From an uncultured Candidatus Peregrinibacteria bacterium (lineage in GTDB: Bacteria > Patescibacteriota > Gracilibacteria > Peribacterales > Peribacteraceae): a stretch of 27,841 bases of DNA. The notes beneath the pieces are model-generated. The model saw only the letters and a list, made by a program, of their open reading frames with translations, was not told where the DNA came from and searched no databases. Shown piece after piece: positions 25,024-27,841 of this stretch; position 1 is the first letter of the stretch; each line of letters opens with the position of its first letter. The DNA lies in the NCBI GenBank assembly GCA_913054215.1, contig CAJXJE010000001.1, forward strand, positions 1 through 27,841. The letters run 5' to 3'. The translations under genes and the position numbers were made by a program.

Positions 25024-25388
25024 CGGCGAGGATTCCCCTCACAAGTAACACGTTACCCATCATTGATGCTGGCTTAGTACTCGCAGTAAACGGCCTGTCT
25101 ATTCAGCGGGACAACGGATTCGTCCGTATCATTTCCTATGGTGGGCTAGAGTCTGGTGGTAAGGAAGTAATCGATGCCACTATTCTATTCGATCGCGGCT
25201 ACATCGACCACATAGCAAACGAAGATGGAGAACATGAGGGAGAACAACCCTTCGATGGGAATACCAATGAAGGAGTTGGCGGTGATGAGTACACACTCGC
25301 AACAGACCAGAAGTCTGTAGAATTTCAAACACGAGTCACTAACGCAGGAGATACTATTTTAATTTTCTAGCAATCCGGCACTCCTTGA
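25024..25388 (+). pseudogene. 3' remnant of a pilin-associated gene paralogous to domain B of the downstream giant pilin
   Basis: IPL...AVNGLSIQRDNGFVRI...KEVIDATILFD...PFDG..NEGVGGDE...FQTRVT..GDTILIF aligns with IPL...AVTGLALQRKNGYIRI...KEIVDALITFD...PFDS..NDGVGGDE...FQTRVT..DDAILVY at ~26770-27110. No start codon; TAG at 25368-25370 sits where the paralogue has Trp. Confidence 0.75.
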
Positions 25389-25433
25389 GAAATGAAGAGA
25401 TATGATAAGATAGCGGGCAGCCCACCATCCTCT

Positions 25434-27841
25434 ATGGTATATCGAGCTCTCAGTCACCGGTCGCATCGTGCAGGTTTCACAGCCGTAGATGTACTTTTGA
25501 CTTTGGGTGTTATCGCAGTAACTGCAGGAGTATCGGTGCCAATGTTTCGTAGTTATCAGATCAGAAGTGATCTAGATCTTGCAGTGGTGCAAACCATTAC
25601 AGGGCTTTCGCGCGCGCAGCTGCTGTCCCAGACAGGGCAAGAAGATGACATGTGGGGATTTCGTGTCCCAGAAGGAACGATATTCCAAGGATCAAGTTAC
25701 TCCATTCGTGACCCAGATTTTGACGAGACACTAGTTCTTCCGCCAAACATTAGCGTGTATGGCATAGAAGAAGTGGTGTTTTCTCGTGTGGATGGAATAC
25801 CGACTCCTGTCGGAGACATCATCCTCGAAGCGCTTAATGGAGACTATAGAACCATCACCGTCAGTGCTGATGGTATGACGACCTCTTCGCAGATTGAAGA
25901 AGGTGAGATCGGAAGCGATAGCGGTGATACCGGTTCAGATTCGGGAGGCGATACTGGAGACTCAGGAGACTCAGGCTCCACAACAGGTGGCGATAGCGGC
26001 TCAACCACAGGTGGTGATTCAGATTCCACTACCGGAGGTGACAGTGGTGGTACAACAGGTGGTGATAGTGGCGGAAGTGATAGTGGCGGAGACTCTGGAG
26101 GTGATACGCCAACGTGTGAAGATCGTTTCACTGTAAGTGATGATGGCACTATTCAAACAACGGGAACGGTCAGTATGACTGTAAAGGCACTAGGTGCAGA
26201 GATTACTTACGGTGCAGGAGGTCCAGAGATATCAGTGACAGCACAGGTGAGTACCAATGGTGGAACCACATGGAACACGCTCTTTAACGGTGCGGAAATC
26301 GATGGTGGCGAAGAGCAAACAATCACCGATATTACGTCTGAGCAACAGGTAGTTATAAAGATCAACGGTCGCTATGGTTGGCTCTTTAACAAGACCTACC
26401 TCACCAACGATGGAACCGGACACATCGAAGTATTGCGCAACGGAGACGATCTGCCGGACTACGATGTGTTTGATAACCAAGATAGTCTCCCCTCTTTCCT
26501 TCAGGATATTATCGATGACAATGGCAAAATCAGTATTGGAGACTACGATGTTGTGCTTCTTGGAGAACTCGGTTCACTGGGAACAAGCTCATCAGATTTC
26601 CAAGATGCAGTCATACTTCTGAAGTTCGACCAGGCGGAAGGAAGTTGTGCGAGTGTCAATGAGCCACGTTTCAAGATTACATGGGATCGACTCGAAAATA
26701 CCGGACTGGGAGATGCTACTAAAACGTCCTATCTTGGCCAAGCTGCTTGGGCATACGGTGAAGGTCAGTGGATACCGCTCTATGGAATCGATGGGCAGAT
26801 TGCTACAGATGGAGGCATAACAGAGGCTGTTACAGGTCTTGCTCTTCAGCGTAAAAACGGTTACATCCGCATACTGGCACATGGTTCACATACCTCAGGA
26901 AATAAAGAGATAGTCGATGCACTTATTACATTTGATGGTGCCAAAGTTACGGCAATAGTGAACGATACAGGGGACAATAAAACAGAAGATCCTTTCGATA
27001 GTATAGTCAACGATGGTGTAGGGGGAGACGAGGCAGTTGTTGCATTCGATTCCACGTATGTGATCTTTCAAACACGCGTAACTACTGCAGATGATGCCAT
27101 TCTTGTGTACTGGACTCCGTACTCTTCAGGTGAAGATGGTGGTGATTCCGGTGGTGATTTCGGTGGCGGCCTTGATGATAGTGATGATGGCGATGGGGAC
27201 AATGATGATGGCATTGCCAAAAATGATGCTGATGATGGCGATGGAGACGACGATGATGGCGTTGCCAATAATGACGAAGACGACGATGGCGATGGCGATG
27301 ACGACGATGGCATTGCCAATAATGGTGACGGTGACACCGATGCGTGTGCAGCGGCATTTACCGTGAGTAACGGTCGTATCGTGCTACAAGAAGCAGCAGA
27401 CGTCTCCTTCCATGCCCTTGGTTCCCATTCCACCTACGGAAAAGGTGGACCAGAAATACAGGTGCGTATGAATGTGAGTACGGACAACGGAAACACCTGG
27501 AGATCACTATTTGGCTTCATTGATATTGATGGAGGAGAGCAGGAATATTTCACAGATCTTCCTTCTGGAAGTACTATCCTTCTCAAGGCAGAGGGGCGTC
27601 GTGCATGGCTCTTCCGTCAACAGACACAGTCAGGAGATGGTAGTGGTCGTATAAAGATTTTCAAGCGCAAGCAGTCAGATCCCAATACGGTAATCTACGC
27701 AACACCTGCAAAACTCAAGCCCTTCCTACGGACTCGCATCTCCAAGCGTAAAGTGATGATTGGCGCCAAAGAAGCACTCGCACTCATCGAATTACAAGAT
27801 CTTGGAACGGATGCAGATTACCAAGATGCTGCAATTCTTAT
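25434..27841 (+). CDS. Giant type IV pilin-like protein (>800 aa) with adhesin-like modules; runs off the window
   Basis: Manual translation: MVYRALSHRSHRAG|FTAVDVLLTLGVIAVTAGVSVP class III signal, pilin head, G/S/D/T linker, domain A, domain B, Asp-rich repeats, second domain A. No stop to 27841. Alternative in-frame ATG at 25392. Not in the ORF track. Confidence 0.85.
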   Translation, partial: MVYRALSHRSHRAGFTAVDVLLTLGVIAVTAGVSVPMFRSYQIRSDLDLAVVQTITGLSRAQLLSQTGQEDDMWGFRVPEGTIFQGSSYSIRDPDFDETLVLPPNISVYGIEEVVFSRVDGIPTPVGDIILEALNGDYRTITVSADGMTTSSQIEEGEIGSDSGDTGSDSGGDTGDSGDSGSTTGGDSGSTTGGDSDSTTGGDSGGTTGGDSGGSDSGGDSGGDTPTCEDRFTVSDDGTIQTTGTVSMTVKALGAEITYGAGGPEISVTAQVSTNGGTTWNTLFNGAEIDGGEEQTITDITSEQQVVIKINGRYGWLFNKTYLTNDGTGHIEVLRNGDDLPDYDVFDNQDSLPSFLQDIIDDNGKISIGDYDVVLLGELGSLGTSSSDFQDAVILLKFDQAEGSCASVNEPRFKITWDRLENTGLGDATKTSYLGQAAWAYGEGQWIPLYGIDGQIATDGGITEAVTGLALQRKNGYIRILAHGSHTSGNKEIVDALITFDGAKVTAIVNDTGDNKTEDPFDSIVNDGVGGDEAVVAFDSTYVIFQTRVTTADDAILVYWTPYSSGEDGGDSGGDFGGGLDDSDDGDGDNDDGIAKNDADDGDGDDDDGVANNDEDDDGDGDDDDGIANNGDGDTDACAAAFTVSNGRIVLQEAADVSFHALGSHSTYGKGGPEIQVRMNVSTDNGNTWRSLFGFIDIDGGEQEYFTDLPSGSTILLKAEGRRAWLFRQQTQSGDGSGRIKIFKRKQSDPNTVIYATPAKLKPFLRTRISKRKVMIGAKEALALIELQDLGTDADYQDAAIL
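25912..26106 (+). repeat. Low-complexity coding repeat (GGDSGSTT-like linker)
   Basis: GSDSGDTGSDSGGDTGDSGDSGSTTGGDSGSTTGGDSDSTTGGDSGGTTGGDSGGSDSGGDSGGD. Confidence 0.85.
27183..27330 (+). repeat. Three 48-51-bp coding repeats DDGDGD(N/D)DDG(I/V)A(K/N)N
   Basis: Read directly; DxDxDG spacing is typical of Ca2+-binding Asp-rich repeats. Confidence 0.85.

Noticed and set aside
17799-25370. Genome-wide TAG reassignment, suggested by TAG codons at 17799 and 25368 inside apparent coding sequence
   Set aside because: pyrB, rnj and the flippase end at TAG at the expected family C-termini, so TAG is a normal stop.

Overview
A 27.8-kb chromosomal window from a reduced-genome bacterium using genetic code 11 (recR and the 15012 gene end in TGA; pyrB and rnj end in TAG). 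The combination of pyrB/pyrC/purH, a stand-alone ComEC-type MBL domain, type IV pilus genes, many orphan membrane proteins and few visible Shine-Dalgarno sites suggests a CPR/Patescibacteria lineage such as Peribacteria (inference, not tested). Housekeeping genes: sugar-phosphate nucleotidyltransferase (partial), flippase, pyrB, pyrC, N-formylglutamate amidohydrolase-like, MscS-like, rnj, cytidylyltransferase/FAD synthase-like, prepilin peptidase, smpB, recR and purH. Two large coding regions missing from the ORF track because they run off the window were read by hand (1-689 minus; 25434->27841 plus). Most notable observations: (i) a 1.3-kb integrase-less islet at the 3' end of rnj, flanked by a 46-bp direct repeat whose 3 mismatches are all synonymous; (ii) a locally wrecked type IV pilus operon (frameshifted receiver, PilB lacking its ATPase core, PilC fused to the tail of a pilin-like gene) in front of an intact giant modular pilin; (iii) a candidate ~105-nt three-hairpin RNA with its own promoter, divergent from smpB; (iv) a STAS-like gene split by an in-frame TAG near a PP2C pseudophosphatase; (v) a Y1/RAYT transposase with REP-like hairpins between pyrB and pyrC; (vi) a family of inverted TTTTCA-octamer arrays in intergenic spaces. 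No tRNA, rRNA, CRISPR array or recognisable defence system was seen. All family assignments are by manual motif recognition, with no database searches.
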